DNA of 63,952 bases, filler included, from Reclinomonas americana ATCC 50394 (GCA_048213135.1; 13 parts of 13 records of this genome joined end to end with filler, not necessarily neighbours in it), one strand, 5' to 3'; shown: positions 1 through 13,460, counted from the first letter of the whole stretch. Translations and numbers: made by a program. The notes: generated by a model from the sequence alone, not told the origin.

Positions 1-977
1 TTGTGAGTACTGCTTACACAGTCAGAGACAGACTGAATGTGAGAGAGAGTGAGAGCAGAGAGAGTGTGTGTGGAAAACGAAAGTGAAGCAAAGGTGCGCT
101 CTTGTGCGCCATTTCGCACACACACGCTCTGTCTCACACACACACGCACTCGCGCGCAAGTGCACATGCACGCACATGTAACGCACACACACACACACTG
201 TGAGAGAGCAAGAGGGCGACGAGTGTGCGTGCGTGTTTGCGTGCCATCTCTCTCTCTCTCTGTTTGTCTCACCTCATAGCTTGAGGGATCGTGTGGATCG
301 CGAGCGGCCTTCTTGACACTGGAACTGACCAGGTCCTCGAGGTTAACTCGATATAAGACCATTGTCTTTGCGATCACAATGTGTGACTGCAGCAGCACTT
401 GAGAGGACATCTGTTCGCAACGGCCACTTTGCATGCAATGATCGCCTTTTATTTTCTCAAGAGTGTGAGAGAGTTGTCTGTGGTGTGTAGCTGGTGTACG
501 CTGGGTCCTGATCGCTATGTGTGCTTCTTCTCTCTTGCCGGTCCGTTTGCGACGTTGCGACGTTGCAGCAGTCTGTGCACGACTGTGCGATCGCGGACGG
601 TGCAGATGTGTGGTATGCGTCGGCGAATGGTCGGTGGAGCGATCGGGCTGTGGTGTAGAACGATGCGGTCGTCGCGTCACCGACTGGTGCACTGCCACTG
701 TGATATTGGATGATCCTGTATCAGTACGAGTCGACTGTGGCACGGGGAAAGGGCCGTGTTGCGCGTAGGTGTGTATGCCTGCTACACGAGCGCATGTGCC
801 AGTGCGCCGCGTGATTCTCGTCATGCAAGCGCGACTGCTGCACCATGACACTGCATCGCTTTCGATTGCCTGTCATCGCTCCCTCTCCGTCCCCTCTCCT
901 GACTGTGGAGGGCCACGATACCACTCGCTGTAGTATCCACACAACTGACTGCTGCACCTGTAATTAGTTGCGCGCAT

Positions 978-3486
978 TCATTGACCAGCGGCCATCGCCA
1001 TGCGGCGAAGAATAATGTCGGCAAAGTACTGCTCCACAGACACTCGCGTCAGTTGCAGACGGCAACCATCGCAACACTCACGGATACACACGCACCTGCG
1101 AGTCATCAAACACGCCACGTGGTTCGACATCAATCACTACATCGTCCAGCACGGCTTCCGGCACCAATGACTCGCCAGTTTCTGTCCATGAAAACGTATT
1201 CAGCAAATGACACACACAAGCTTGCAAACACGTTCCTCACCAATGTCACGTGCGTCAATGATGCCCTTCCGCGCGTTGTCGTCAAAGAACATTTCCAGCG
1301 TGTCGTGCGACGAGGTGCGATCCAGCAGGAACAACTTGCCGGCGTAGTGCGCCTGATTGTGGGAGTTCCACCTGTGCAGGAAAGTGAGACATAGAGTAAA
1401 AGAACTCACGGCTGCGAGGATCGCGTACCAAAAGAAATAATCCTGCACCCCCAGCGCTCGGTGCTCATCGGCCAAACGCCGCAGTGTGCCATGAATGTCG
1501 GCCAGCCCAACAGCCACCTCACGCACAGCCGGGTGCGCCCGCACGGCTGCCACAAATGTCTCCGCACTCAGCTCCACCGCCGGTGAGTTGCTGGCCTCCA
1601 GCAGCTTGGCGAACAGTGCCTCCACGTTGGCCGACGGGAACAAGCCGTGCAGTCCGACTGCCAGCAGATCCACATGCTGACCGCCAACGTCTCCCCGAAA
1701 CATGCAGCCGCGTGCGGCCGGGTGAACCTGTGTCACCAGAATCAACAATTCTGATCACAAGACGCACGCAAGGCGGAGGCCACGCAACCCTGTAATCCAC
1801 CGAGCCATTGGTGCCGTCGAGCCGCGCATCGCCACCAAACGCCCCCTCACAGAAGCGATTGAATTCCTCCTCGATCTGCAACATGTCAGCAGTTGATACT
1901 CCGTGCACACTCTGCACGCGAGACGCAACATCGGGCAAGTCGGAACCGAAGGTGCGGAACACGACACTAAAGTGCGTCTCCGGCAGCGACGCCATCTTCA
2001 CAATGCTGTTGCAGAAGCTCGGCACGAGAATGCTGGTCGACCCCGGCGCTGCAGCACCCATAAACAACAACAACGAGAGACGAGCACACGACATGTCGCT
2101 GTCACACCTGCAGTCGGCGGGCAGTACGTCTCGACAAACCGCTGCACCGNNNNNNNNNNNNNNNNNNNNNNNNNNNNNNNNNNNNNNNNNNNNTTAATTA
2201 ATTAANNNNNNNNNNNNNNNNNNNNNNNNNNNNNNNNNNNNNNNNNNNNGGATTCCGCTGTGGGAGGGGGAAGGGGGAAGGGAGGGGTGAGAAGGAAAGG
2301 AGCGAAGGGTGAGAAGGAGGGAAGGGGGGAAGGTGAAGGAGGGAAGGGGGGAAGGTGAAGGAGGGAAGGAAGAGGCGAGGAAGAAAGGGACGGGAAGGGG
2401 GGAGTGTGAAGCAAGGAGGGCAAGGGAGAAAGGGGAAGGGTGAGAGGGGAAGGAAGGGAAGGTGAGAAGGGCGAACTGGAGACAGAAAGAAGGACAGAAG
2501 GAGGAATGAGAATGGCGAAAGGGGAAGGGTGACAAGGAAGGAGGGCGAGAAGGAAAGGGTGAGAGTGGGGAATGGTGAGGGAGGAAGGAGAAGGGAAGGG
2601 GGAGAGTGAAGCAAGGAGGGAAGGAAGGGAAGGGTGAGAAGGAAGGGTTCAGAGTGGGGAACAGGAGGGAAAAGAGACAAGGGAAGAAAGGAAACGAGCG
2701 GAGACAAGAGGAGAAGGGAGGAGAGAGAAGGAAGGGGGAAGGGTGAGAAGGAAGGGAGAGTGAGAAGGAAAGGGTGAGAGTGAGGGAGGAAGGGAGGGTT
2801 GAGGTGGCAAAGAGGAAAGAGAAAGAAGGGGAGAAGAAGAGATGAAAAGGGGTAAGGGGAAGGAGTCAAGGGAAGGAAGGGAGGGTGAGAAGGAAGGGGT
2901 GAGAGTGGGGAATGGTGACGGAGGAGGGAGGAAGGAAGGGGGAGAGTGAAGCAAGGAGGGAAGGAAGGCAGGGGTGAGAAGGAAGGGTTAAGAGTGGGGA
3001 ACAGGAGGGAAAGAGAGACAAGGGAAGAAAGGAAACGAGGGGAGACAAGAGGAGAAGGGAGGAGAGAGAAGGAAGGGGTGAGAGTGGGGAATGGTGAGGA
3101 AGGGAGGTTGAGGTGGCAAAGAGAGGAGGAAGAGTGGAAGGATGAGGAATGGTGAATAAGGAAGGGAGGGTGAGTGGGGAGGGGAAGGGAGACAATGAGA
3201 GTTGAGAGGAAAAGGGGAGAGAATGCATGATCATGCATGATCACTCATCTCTCCTCTCTCTCTCTCTACTTTCCCTTCCCCTCCAAGTGTGTGTGTGCAT
3301 GTTTACATAAGCACCAGTGACATGCGCAGGCATGGCAAAGCACGAGGCGGGCGGAGGTTGCGCGACAACTCCATAGATGTTTTCGGCGATAATCGCACGA
3401 AACACGTCCTCCACAGACTTGCCACCGGCCTTGTCAGAAAAGATAATCGTGCGATTCACATCAAAGTGCGCCACAACTCGCCTCAT
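978..3486 (-). CDS. Conserved hypothetical protein, HAD-superfamily-like (HFDVNRTII...FRTFGxD...FFDDN motifs); multi-exon, interrupted by an assembly gap
   Basis: ATG at 3486 (MRRVVAHFDVNRTIIFSD). Spliced exons give FSVVFRTFGSDLPD|IEEEFNRFCEG, QDYFFW|WNSH..AGKLFLLD, MFFDDNARKGIIDARD, EPRGVFDDSQ|YFADII, then TGA at 978-980. Introns are GT-AG and frame-consistent. Family assignment is from recalled motifs. Confidence 0.7.
2150..2249. other. Artificial gap spacer N-TTAATTAATTAA-N (stops in all six frames). Also at 3738, 18923, 23008, 25217, 32453, 34113, 43626, 45332, 55142, 58437 and 62793
   Basis: The same 100-nt cassette occurs 12 times. Genes continue in order and strand across several of them, so these are scaffold gaps. 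Confidence 0.97.
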
Positions 3487-3951
3487 GCTCACTCACTAAT
3501 CAAAAAAAGCAAAAAACACAAGGGACAAGGACAACGAAGGTACCAATGTGTGTCAATCATTTGTACAATGATACAAGTGTGCGAACCAAAAACGGGGATT
3601 ATGGTAAGAGGCCCTTGCCGGTCAGCATGTGGGCCAGTGCCTCGTAGACACGCAGCTGTCCGTCGCCATCCAGCGCGCCCAGCTTTAGTATGTAGTAATC
3701 GGCCTTGGTGCTGTGCTTGAGGAAGGTGTCGTGGTAGNNNNNNNNNNNNNNNNNNNNNNNNNNNNNNNNNNNNNNNNNNNNTTAATTAATTAANNNNNNN
3801 NNNNNNNNNNNNNNNNNNNNNNNNNNNNNNNNNNNNNTCCTCTCTTCCCTCTCTTCTCCTCTCTTCTCCTCTCGTCTCCTCTCTTCCCCCTCTTCTCCTC
3901 TCTTCCCCTATCTCTCCCTCCCTTTTGCTTCCTCACTCTTTTTTGTCGCAG

Positions 3952-5329
3952 GCCGAGCGCCTGCTGGGCAGCCGTGTCAACATTCTGGTCAACAACGCCG
4001 GCATTGTCATTGGCAAGTTCATCACCGAGCTGACGTTGCGTTGCGCCGTCACCTTCACACCTCCCTCTCACCATCACTCATCTCCCTGCTGCAGCACCGA
4101 GCAAGTCGAGCGCACGTTCCGCATCAACAGTTGCGCCTCCTTCTGTTTGCTGTCTTTCTCCGGAGTCGTCGTCTCACTTGCGTGATGGACAGCGATTGCG
4201 CACTTTTTCACCATCAAGCGTTTCCTGCCGTACATGATGGAGCAGAACCACGGCCACATTGTAACCATCGCCTCGGTGGCGGCCCTGGGCGGTGTCTACC
4301 GCATGACCGATTGTTGCGTTTGTCGGTGACGGTGACGTGTCCTTTCTCGCACTCTGTGTTGAGCATCTGTTTGCTGCCCACATTCGCCTCCTGCTCATTG
4401 CATGTCATGTCGTGCACTCATCAACTTTCTTTCTTCTCCCTCTCTTTCTTCTCCTCTCTCTTCTTGTCAAAGAGAAGGGAGCTCGCTTCGCTCTCTCCCT
4501 TCTTCAAAACTCCGCGCTTTAGTTATACGTGGCATAAGTGTTTGATTTTCCTCTTGTCTTTGCATCTTTTTTTGACTAGCACTCCCCTCACCCATCTTCC
4601 CCCCTCCTCTCATCCCTTCTTCTTCCCACTCTTTATCTTCCTCTCTTCCCACTGCGTGTTACGTTATCTCCCCCTCACCTCTCACCCTCACCTCTCACCC
4701 TCACCTCCATTCACCTTCACCCTCACCTCCCCCCTCACTTCCCCCTCACCTCCCCCCTCACCTCCCCCCTCACTTCCCCCTCACCTCCCCCCTCACCTCG
4801 CCCTCACCTCCCCCCTCACCTCCCCCTCACTTCTCCCCTCTCCCAGACTGCGCCTCCAAATCCGCCGCCTTCTCCATCGACGAATCGCTGCGCATGGAGC
4901 TCAGCAAGGCCGGCAAGACCGGCGTGCGCACCGTCTGCGTGTGCCCCTACTGTTGCGCCACCCCCTCCCCCTCATCCCCCATTCTCCATTCACCGTCGTC
5001 GCCTCACTTTCCCTTCCCTTCCCCCCCACCTCCTCCGCACAGACATCAACACGGGCATGTTTGACGGCGTCAAGACCCGCTTCAGCTGGATCCTGCCAAT
5101 CCTCGACGAGTCGTACGTGGGCGAACGCATTGTGCGCGCCGTGCAGGAGCACCAGAACTGGCTGGTGATGCCGTGGATTTTGTACCTGGTGCCTCTGATG
5201 CGCACGCTGCTGCCGACGGCGACATTCGACTGGACCGGCGACTTTTTGGGCGTGAGCAAGTCAATGGACGAGTTCAAGGGTCGCGGCACCGCCGCCGCCA
5301 TTGCTGGCGACACGCGCAAGAGCAAGTGA
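3952..5329 (+). CDS. Short-chain dehydrogenase/reductase, SDR16C (RDHE2/RDH10/HSD17B11-like), 5' part lost in gap
   Basis: Motifs [16 protein letters not shown], catalytic YCASK and [13 protein letters not shown] are rebuilt by removing introns 4035-4094, 4130-4192, 4313-4846 and 4952-5042. Ends at TGA 5327-5329. Confidence 0.92.
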
Positions 5330-5374
5330 TTCACTGTGCTGAGATAAGAAGGTGGGGAGGAGGAGGAGAGACCT

Positions 5375-7202
5375 CTAATGGCGAGTGTACGCTCGCGATC
5401 CGCGTCCTCCAAACACGCGCAGCAGCACGGCATCGTTTCGTCGACCGAGGGCGCGGTAGATGGTGCTGGCGAGGAGTACCGCCGCGGCGATGCACAGGGC
5501 GGTGAGGTGGTACCAGTGCAGTGCGCGGCGTGTGGTGGTGGTTGTCGTGGCGCGTTCTGGTGCGGGGAGGGCCAGCAGTGGCGTGGCGGCTGTCGGTGGC
5601 GGGAGCACCGGCTGCAGAATCCACACCATGGGGGTGGGGAGCGGCTTGTGCCAGGTCGGTCGTCGTCGTTGTGGGTGGGGTTTGTCGAGGTTGAGAGATA
5701 CGCGAATGGCGGCGGACTGGGTGGTGGAGTTGGTGGATTCGAAGGCGTAGGTGGTGCGCAGGGGGGTCTCCACCAGTGAGAAGTTGCCGACCAGGGTGCT
5801 CAGCGTGGAGTCCTTTTGGAGGGGGGAAGGGAGGGTGGGGAGGGTGAAGTGAGATGGGGCTGGATGGGAAGAGTTGGCATTTTGTAGCTTCTTAGGTCGA
5901 GGAAGGATCGCCCTTTCTCCCCAAGTTTCTTCCTCACTTCTCGTTTTCCGCTACTCTCCTTCTTTTTCTTTCACTTTCCGGTTTTCTCCTCTCCTCTCCT
6001 TGTCTCTACGTTTCCTTCGTCCTCTCCGTCAAGCATCTCTAACTCTCCATTCTCTCTTTGTATTTGTCTACGTTCCCTCTCCTTGTTCCTCCATCTCCTT
6101 TGATTCTCTCTTTTCTCCCTCTGTCTGATTGTCTCACTCCATCTCCTCTGCCCTCCTTCAATCTGCGCTTGCCTTCTCCCTTTCCCTCTCCTGCAACTTT
6201 CTTTCTTTTTATGTTCTCGTTTGATCCTCACTCTTTCCTTCATCGCTCTACTCTCTTTCTCTTCCTGTCGCTCATTCTCACACTCTGTATCTCACTGATT
6301 CGTCCCCTCTGTTGTTCACCCTCCTTTGTTGCCTCCGTGTTTGTCTCCGTCTGTCTCTCCTTTCCTCTACAGTTCTTGTCTCACTCCCTCTCGTCTCCCG
6401 CAACCCTCGCTCGCTTGCTCTCTCTGTACCCCTCTCCTTTTCGTTCTCCGTGTATTCCGCTCCTTCGCCCCTCCCTTTCTCTCACAGTCTCCTCGCCTCC
6501 ATCTCCTTTGTCTTCCTCTTGCGTTTCACGTTGTACACTCCTCACTTCTCCTTCTCTCCTTGTCTCTCCCTGCCTGCATCCCTCTCCTTGTCTCTCTCTC
6601 TTTTTCTCTCGTCCTCCCCTGCCCGTATCCCTCCCCTTGTCTCTCTCCTTCCTTCTCCCTCTCCCTGCCCGCATCCCTCTCCTTCTCTCGTCCTTTTCTG
6701 TCCCTATGCCTCTCCTTGCCTCCCTTTCCTTCTCCCTCTCCCTCTCCCTTGATCACCTCCACATCATCCTGTCCCGTCACAAAAAACAACGTCGCAGGCG
6801 ACGCTTGCCACCCACGCGTGCAGTTAACCAAACTGACTGCATGCGCCGCATGCAACGGCAAATTGATAAGCACATTCTCCTCCTCGATCGCCACCGGCGG
6901 CGTCAGTGACATGTCCGACACGCGATCATCTGTCCCCAATTGAAGTCGTCAGCCAATCCATGCAACCAATCGACGAAAGCAAAGGCACTTGATCACGCGC
7001 AACAATGTGAGAACGACTCAATGGCGATGTTGCAGGTGAGTGAGGGAGAGTGCGCGACGACTGTTGTGCGTGAGGAGAGTGTGCGAGTGTGGAAAACGCG
7101 CACAATGGGCGAGCTCGAGGCAACGGCCGCTGATGAGAGGGAGAGCAGGAAGAGAACGAGAAGGAGGGGGAGGAGAGTAAAGAGAGAGCGGTGGTGGTTC
7201 AT
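5375..7202 (-). CDS. Hypothetical type I membrane protein (signal peptide, C-terminal TM helix)
   Basis: N-terminus MNHHRSLFTLLPLLLVLFLLSLSSAAVA, then three frame-compatible exons. The last exon has the TM segment LTALCIAAAVLLASTIY and a stop at 5375. Confidence 0.6.
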
Positions 7203-7329
7203 TGTGGGAAGAGAGAAGAGAAGTGGGTGTGTTGTCTCTGCTCGTGAAATGTTGGAAAAACTGGTGGGAAATTCGGCCGACTGAATGGAATTTTTCCGAC
7301 GACAAAGAAAGGCAATTGCAAAACAACAG

Positions 7330-7479
7330 CAACAACAACAACAACTTTACTAATCCAAACAGCAACACAGCTGCATGATGATCACCATCTCGAGTGAGCA
7401 CCAGAAACTCAGACATCACGAAATAAAGCGAGAAAAAGTCGACATGGATTCTGCTGGCATTTCTGCAAGAGAAACCACG
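7330..7479. repeat. 150-bp dispersed repeat, copy A (begins with (CAA)n)
   Basis: Aligns ungapped to 31237-31386 with 9 mismatches (~94% identity). Confidence 0.9.
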
Positions 7480-8078
7480 GCTCATGACAAGCATGGATTT
7501 AACGCCGAATTCCACAAAGGAAAGGAGAGAGATAGCAAGAGGTGTTGGTATCAGAACACATAGGAAAAACCAACAAAGCCAGGCAACGTGCAAGTTAGGT
7601 CCGGGAAGGAGCCAAGCTGTCAGTTGAGTGGTTGTCGCTGATGCTGGTGTTGCTCACGGGAGTTGTCACTGCCGCCTGTTGATTCTGGCAACGGCACCGC
7701 AATGCGCCGACCAGATGTAATGCATATGGTCGTGCCGCAGCGCGCAGCGCAGCTGCACAGATTCGACAGCAGAAAACGCTATGCGTCGTATGCAAGTGCG
7801 TCAAATCCACTGTTCAACCACGCTGCGCTATCGCACGACTTGCTCGAAACCAACGAATTCGAAGCCAGAATCGATCAAGCAAGTCCGGAACTTGCTCTCT
7901 GCTTTCCAGGAACGCCGCTGTTGCAACCATTCTCCTTCTTTCCCCCTTCCGCTTCCTCCCTTCTCCTCGTGCTCGTTTCTACGATCAATGTTTTTTCATT
8001 CTGCACCTCGAACTCGTCACGTGTGACTCTACACCAGTCACCTCACTAACTCGTGTGCGCTGCGCTTACACGCGCTCA

Positions 8079-9760
8079 TCACTGATCGTAGTAGCAAAAG
8101 TCGATGCACTTGTAGGTGAGCTCCAGCACACGGAAACCGACATTGCCGGTGCCGTTGCCGAGCGCGCCGGCATTGTCCTGATGGTTCCAGCACTTGCCGT
8201 ACTTGCAGTCGGTGAAGGGTGTGCCCTCCAGGTCCTCCACACGACTCCAGCATTGCGTCTTGCCGTTGCACGACTTGGCGACCTCGAACTGTTGAAACCA
8301 GTGCGCGATGAGCACTCAATCATCTCTCGTCCGTCCCTTTTCTTGCCCCACCCACTCACCGTGTAATTCTCAATAGACGAGCACGTGCCACGGCTCGCCA
8401 CGTTACCATAGCAGCCGTCAGTCACGGTCGCACCGCGCACAATGGCCGAGATGATGTAGATCGAGCCACCCTCGCGGCAGTCCAGATCGGCCGCCCAGCC
8501 ACCGCACGCCTGGTACGTCTTGACGAGGCTCGGCTTCGGGATCGGCTTGGGCGGGTACGGGATGGTGGTGGTGCACTCGTACTCAAAATAGAGCACACGC
8601 GAGTCCAGGCAATCGCAGTTGTCGGCCTGTGTGTGTGTGGTGCGTGAGAAGAGAGAATGAAGGAAAGGGAGAGAGAGTGGTGAAGTGGGCAAACCTCGAA
8701 GTCCTCCACGCGCAGCCAGCCCGCTGTGTTGCCATTGAGTGCCTGAGTCAGTGAGTTGTTGAGGACGTTGTTCACGTAGTTGCACTTGGAATCGGCGATC
8801 TTCTTGCAACCATCGGCTGTGAAGTAGAGAAGACAGTGAGCGAGGCAACGCGTCGTTGATGCAGGCAACTATACCAACGTGCGTCACTCACTGCTGCCGA
8901 GTCAACTGCATCACCACTCACTGCCGTGGAACCAGCGTGCACCACTCACTGACTACCGTGGAACCAGCGTGCACCACTCACTGACTACCGTGGAACCAGC
9001 GTGCACCACCACTCACTTCGGCCTAACCACCGTGCACCACCACTCACTGCTGCTGCTAAACCACCGTGCACCACCACTCACTGCTGCTGCTCAACCACCA
9101 TGCACCACCACTCACTGCTGCTGCTCTACCACCATGCACCACCACTCACTGCTGCTGCACCACCACTCACTGCTGCTGCTCAACCACCATGCACCACCAC
9201 TCACTGCTGCTGCTCAACCACCATGCACCACCACTCACTGCTGCTGCTCAACCACCATGCACCACCACTCACTGCTGCTCAACCACCATGCACCACCACT
9301 CACTGCTGCTCAACCACCATGCACCACCACTCAACCACCGTGCACCACTACTCACTGCTACTCAACCACCGTGCACCACCACTCACTGGTGCTAAACCAC
9401 CGTGCACCACCACTCACTGGTGCTAAACCACCGTGCACCACCACTCACTGCTACTCAACCACCGTGCACCACCACTCACTGCTGCTCAGCCACCGTGCCT
9501 ACCAAGGAGAACGCCCTTCCTCTCTCATCCTCCCTCTTCCCTCTTCCCTTCTCGCCTCCACATTTCTCCTCTTCTCCCCTCGCACCTTGCGTGCACCCTC
9601 GAATATCCGCCGACAGCACGTGAATCTTGCCGCCGTTGTAGCACTGCGCGTCAATGGATGTCGGTGGGTAGTAGCCACCGGCCGCTCGCAGCACGTCGGC
9701 CGACACAGTGACGGCCAGCACCGCCACCGCCAGGAGAAGCACAAGAGTGATCTTGGACAT
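8079..9760 (-). CDS. Secreted protein with two tandem SUEL-type (rhamnose/galactose-binding) lectin-like domains
   Basis: Signal peptide MSKITLVLLLAVAVLAVTVSA. Two repeats of C-x-x-GG-x-I-x-(V/I)-(L/I)-SA-x-x-RG-x4-DGC ... Y-x-C, the second containing VAKSCNGKTQC. A Pro-rich linker separates them. Four exons with GT-AG introns. Confidence 0.7.
8885..9500. repeat. Intronic minisatellite, ~25-31 bp unit (CACCACTCACTGCTGCTCAACCACCRTG)
   Basis: About 20 degenerate tandem units inside intron 1 of the lectin gene. Confidence 0.9.
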
Positions 9761-10130
9761 TTTTTCAGAGTGGGAAAGACTGTTGTTGTTGTTGTTTGTG
9801 GATTGCCTTGGCTCAGCAAGTCGAGATGAAGGATGATGATGGTTCAGAGTTGACCTATTCGCGGCCTTTTGAGGCTCCCCACGCATTGATCCGATCGCGA
9901 GAGGGAGGTCGGGTGAATTGTGTCAATGTGATGTGAAGTATCTTTCGGTGACGGAGATATTGATGCGCCTCTGAGTAAGAGGGAGCTGGCACACCATGAG
10001 AGGAAAGGCAGTGTTGTACTCCATTACCCATCAAGCGGCTGGCGGTGCATAATTTGGATGAACAACATTTCTTCTCGAAAGATGCAATTCGACATGTTGC
10101 CGAATTTGAACTGTCATTGCAACAATGGTT

Positions 10131-13100
10131 TTATTCAGTGTTGTCTTCGTCCTCGTCGTCCTCGTCTTCGTCCTCATCCTCATCATCCTCATCATTGTCG
10201 TCACCGTCGTCAACTTCGCCGCTGTCGGACTCGCTTGGCGGTTCCAGATCTGATCTCGGTGCTGGCGTGACGTAAAGCACAATGTGTATCCACACATCCG
10301 ACGGCAGCGCCACGCCAACACTCCTCTGCAGCTTCTCGGCCAGCAGCACGTGGTAGATCTCGAACAGGAGCACTCGATGTAGTGTGTCACGCGACAGACA
10401 ACGCAGCACTCCACCCGGTGAAAGCGCTTGCACCAGAGGTGACTCGGAATGGCACATTCGCATGCGGCGATACGAGCGGTTGGCATCTCCGACAACGAGG
10501 GCGTCGATAAGACGGCGCATCACAGCGGCCGAGGGTACCAATGCTCTGAAGGGCGAGTGAATCGTGTTCGTTAGCACCACTTTGGTGTCAGGAGGAGCAA
10601 CGGCGCAGCTGACTTGCACAAGTGGGAACGAAGCCGTGCGATCCAGCAGTACTTCGTCGGAGGCAAGAAGCTGTTGGCATTGATTCATCCACGCAGCGAC
10701 TGGTCCCTCATAAATCGGGAAACGCAGATCGAATGGATGATTGAACTGCGTGATAAACTCCAAGATAAGCCGGACACATCGCACCCAACGCAACACAACG
10801 TTCGTCGAATCACAAACCTCCGGCACCACTCCGGCCAGGCACCAAAACGCAACCATACGGTACTTGGCGGCTTGGAGGCGGCGCAGGTAGAGCGCGCGGT
10901 GTCGATCGGCATTCCCGTCTTCTGTGCTGACGCCGTCAAACATCTTGTGCACAACCATGCGGCGAAGCGAAGCAAAGTCGGCCTCCGAACAGCGCGCGAG
11001 CTCGGCGCTGCCGACCAGTGGACCCGCGAAGGGCAAAGTCAGGAACCGCCGCAAATAGTCGTGTTGTTGTGGAATATCACCCCAGCACATCTCGAATGCC
11101 TCCGCACGGACGACGTTGAGCTCGCCACGTCGGTTAGCCTCAGCGAGCACTGCTTGTACAACGACGATGATCAGCTTGTCCGTGGCGCCGCGAGCAAAAG
11201 TGACACAGTCGGTGAGACATTTCGCGAGGTCCGTCCTCTCCACATGCGGACGATAGCGCTCTCGTACCAGTAACAGCGGGACCATGATATGGTAGATTTC
11301 ATGCTGCAGTGCTTCACGGACGACGGCGTCCGGACTTACTACGCCCGTTACGAGGCGCGGCTCATCGAGCAACACCTCCAACACATCCGCACGCGTATCG
11401 CTGGCGTAATGGAGGTATTTGAGCCACCACACGCTGTCGGGACGGCGAGCATGGTCCACCTCCAACAACAGTCGCACAATGGAAGTGTAGTTTCCGCGAA
11501 CTGCCGATGCCAAAGCCTCCTCAATTAACGCAGGTGAACCATTGTTCCAACGGGGATCAATATCGAGGCCCATGTAGTCAGCGTCCACGAGTGCACACGA
11601 CACACCGCCGTTCTCGGTGCCACTCCGAGGACGAGTGCCAAAGTCGACTCCGTCGTACGACAACAGGAGCGAAACAGTATCCTCATGTCCGTGCTTGCAC
11701 GCGAGCGCCAGCACCAAGTTGCCAATGACTCCCACATTCACGCGTTCATCGCCAAGCAGCGCCACCACAATCTGCGTGTGTCCGCGAGATGCAGCCTGCC
11801 GCAGCGACCAATAATGGCCGAATGCCGGGTCAGCCACGCCTGCCGCCAGCAGCTCCTGCACCGCCGCCACATTGCCGGTCGTGGCGGCCATCTCGAGTTT
11901 CACCGACTCCACCATGTCATTCAGTGACCATAAAGAGCAGAGAGCATCGAAGACAACCACCTTTCCCGTCACGATGCAATGCCTCGTCGCGCCGGCAAGC
12001 ATGTAGTGCATCGGCGGCCAACTGCAATCAACATATCCAAGTTCGCATAACAGTTGCATCAAGTCTGTGTCCGACAGGGCGACGGCCGCATGCAGCACCG
12101 CTAAGTGTGAAAAAGCACTCAATGCCGAGCGTAGCAGTGCGGTCCCTCCACGCTCCCGAACAGTGTCCGTCACCATCCGCAGACGACCGACGGCCAGTGC
12201 AGCAAGTGGCCACCACCCGCACATGTGGTGGAAGAAGTCTTGTTGCACCTCGCGAAAGAGACCGGCGACGACGGCATCGGTAGCCATCAAGATGCAGTCA
12301 GTGACCGCGTCAGTCATGAGATGCTCACATTCATCAATCCATGTTCCACTCGCGAGGAGTTCTGCAGATACGCGGTTGTACTCGTCGATCATCTCCTGCA
12401 CGCGGCCGTAGAGGGCGTGCTGCAGCATCTGCGAAAATGGGCCAGCATTCTGCAAGGTGGCGACGGGGGATGAGGGGGAAGAGAGGAGGGAGAAAAAAGG
12501 AGGGAAGAGAAGGGGGAAGAGAGGAGGGAGAAGAAAGGAGGGAAGAGAAGGGGGAAGAGGAGGGAGAAGAAAGGAGGGAAGAGAAGGGGGGAGAAGGGGG
12601 AAGGCAAAGGAGAAGGCAAAGAGGAAGGCAAAGGGGTAGGTATAGGGGGGAAGGCAAAAGGGAAGGCAAAGGGGAAGGCAAAAGGAGAAGGCAAAGGGGA
12701 AGGCAAAAGGAGAAGGAAAAGGCGAAGGCAAAGGGGAGGGCGAAGGAGAAGGCAAAGGGGGGAAGGCAACAGGAGGAAGGCAACAGGAGGAAGGCAACAG
12801 GAGGAAGGCAACAGGAGGAAGGCAAAGGAGTCGGAAAGGGGAAGGAAAGGGGAAGGCAAAGGGGAAGAGAAGAGAGCAGCGGAAGGAGTGTGTGCATGTG
12901 TGGTGCAGCTAGTGAGTCGGAGAATGATTGAGGAAGAGAGAATAGAGAGACCATTGTCAAGGTTTGAAGGGGCGACCAGCGAATGTCGGGGAGGTGAGTG
13001 AGTGAGTGAGAGAAAGAGAGAGAGAGAGAGAAAGAAAGAGAGAGAGAGAGTGAAGAAAAAAGAATCAACGCAGGCGACGAATGCAAATGAAGAGGGGCGT

Positions 13101-13460
13101 GTGAATGTGTCAGCAAGAGACAAAGAGATGGCAGGCAGGGAGCACGGAACAAGAGAACAGGAATATAGAGAGGCACAAAAAAGTAGGATGACTGAAAAAA
13201 GTGATGTGCGTGTGGAGAGGAATCTCCAATGCTCTCTCCCACGCAATCTTCTCGCCGACATACACAATACGTATACGCACCTCATGCGACACAGCGCCAT
13301 TGGCAGCGTCGCGTAACATCTTGCAAGCACGATCCACAGAGCAATCCAGTTCTTTGGCCTCGACTGTTGGACGCAGAGCATCTCGTCGCGAGAGGCGGCG
13401 CCACCAAGACTGCAACTTCTTCACACGCTCCTTGCACCACGTGGTAAACGGCGACGACAT
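10131..13460 (-). CDS. Ankyrin-repeat protein with C-terminal F-box-like motif and acidic tail, copy 1 (exons 13460-13281, 12449-10818, 10745-10131)
   Basis: ANK consensus AATTGNVAAVQELL, AASRGHTQIVVALL and ACKHGHEDTVSLLL. C-terminal LPSDVWIHIVLYV, then a D/E tail and TAA. Phase-0 GT-AG introns are conserved across copies. Confidence 0.85.

Noticed and set aside
1876..1929. Idea that GTTGCG donors are restricted to phase 1/2 introns
   Set aside because: Many phase-0 cases exist (1929, 47020, 47224, 50624, 57449).
7375..7430. ATGATGA in the 150-bp repeat as a snoRNA C box
   Set aside because: No suitably placed CTGA D box or terminal stem.
8849..8868. 19-nt micro-exon ending at a GTTGCC donor in the lectin gene
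   Set aside because: It breaks the frame. Direct joining gives RGCTQADGC, which matches the second domain's RGATVTDGC.
8885..9500. Possible CRISPR-like array or repeat-protein ORFs
   Set aside because: There are no unique spacers. It is a degenerate intronic minisatellite, and the flanking exons join in phase.
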